From Tubulanus polymorphus (taxonomy: Eukaryota; Animalia; Nemertea), in NCBI RefSeq assembly GCF_964204645.1, contig NC_134032.1:8916275-8980274 (forward strand): a stretch of DNA of 64,000 nt, given 5' to 3'. The notes beneath the pieces were generated by a model. That model was not told the origin of the DNA, searched no databases, and was given only the letters and a program-made list of their open reading frames with translations. This document shows positions 63,798 through 64,000 of the stretch, one piece after another. The translations under genes were made by a program, and so were the position numbers. Every line of letters begins with the position of its first letter. Within the stretch, counting starts at the first letter, position 1.

Positions 63798-64000
63798 GTA
63801 AGTGTTGATAGATCAGACACAACTCATTCGTTTTTGTGGTCGGTTCACGTAGTGAACGACCACTTTGTTATCCTGTTCAAATGACGTCATGTTGTCTCCT
63901 AGGTCAGTCAAATTCTTACCGTTCAGTTTTCTCCGTAACAACATAATATCTACACTTTTCGCAGTATACAACTTATGTGTACTAATGAATGTTAGATCGA

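Overview
Eukaryotic, intron-containing genomic DNA, probably from a marine invertebrate (the opsin looks lophotrochozoan; the species cannot be determined). It holds three + strand genes. (1) The last two exons of an S1A serine protease (46-4225). (2) A complete three-exon, divergent rhabdomeric-type opsin (20280-27164, 427 aa). (3) The 5' part of a very large type II membrane protein (from about 44.8 kb, running off the window): cytoplasmic tail, TM helix, SEA domain with a G/SVIA autocleavage site, about 43 x 12-aa mucin repeats, then 24 single-exon LDL-receptor class A (LDLa) modules. Twenty-two of those exons form a nearly homogenised exon+intron array with 1509-bp and 2165-bp higher-order units. 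Eleven have a GA dinucleotide (G|GAAAGG) where their sisters have the canonical G|GTAAGG donor, which is the most striking signal in the window. Intergenic and intronic space contains a frameshifted CR1/L2-group LINE, Helentron-like (HINE) elements, several MITEs, a 2.6-kb fold-back with a nested MITE carrying a CCA-ended tRNA-Ala 3' half, a minimal hammerhead ribozyme and AAT microsatellites. All gene models were derived by hand from splice signals and reading-frame continuity; no expression data were available.
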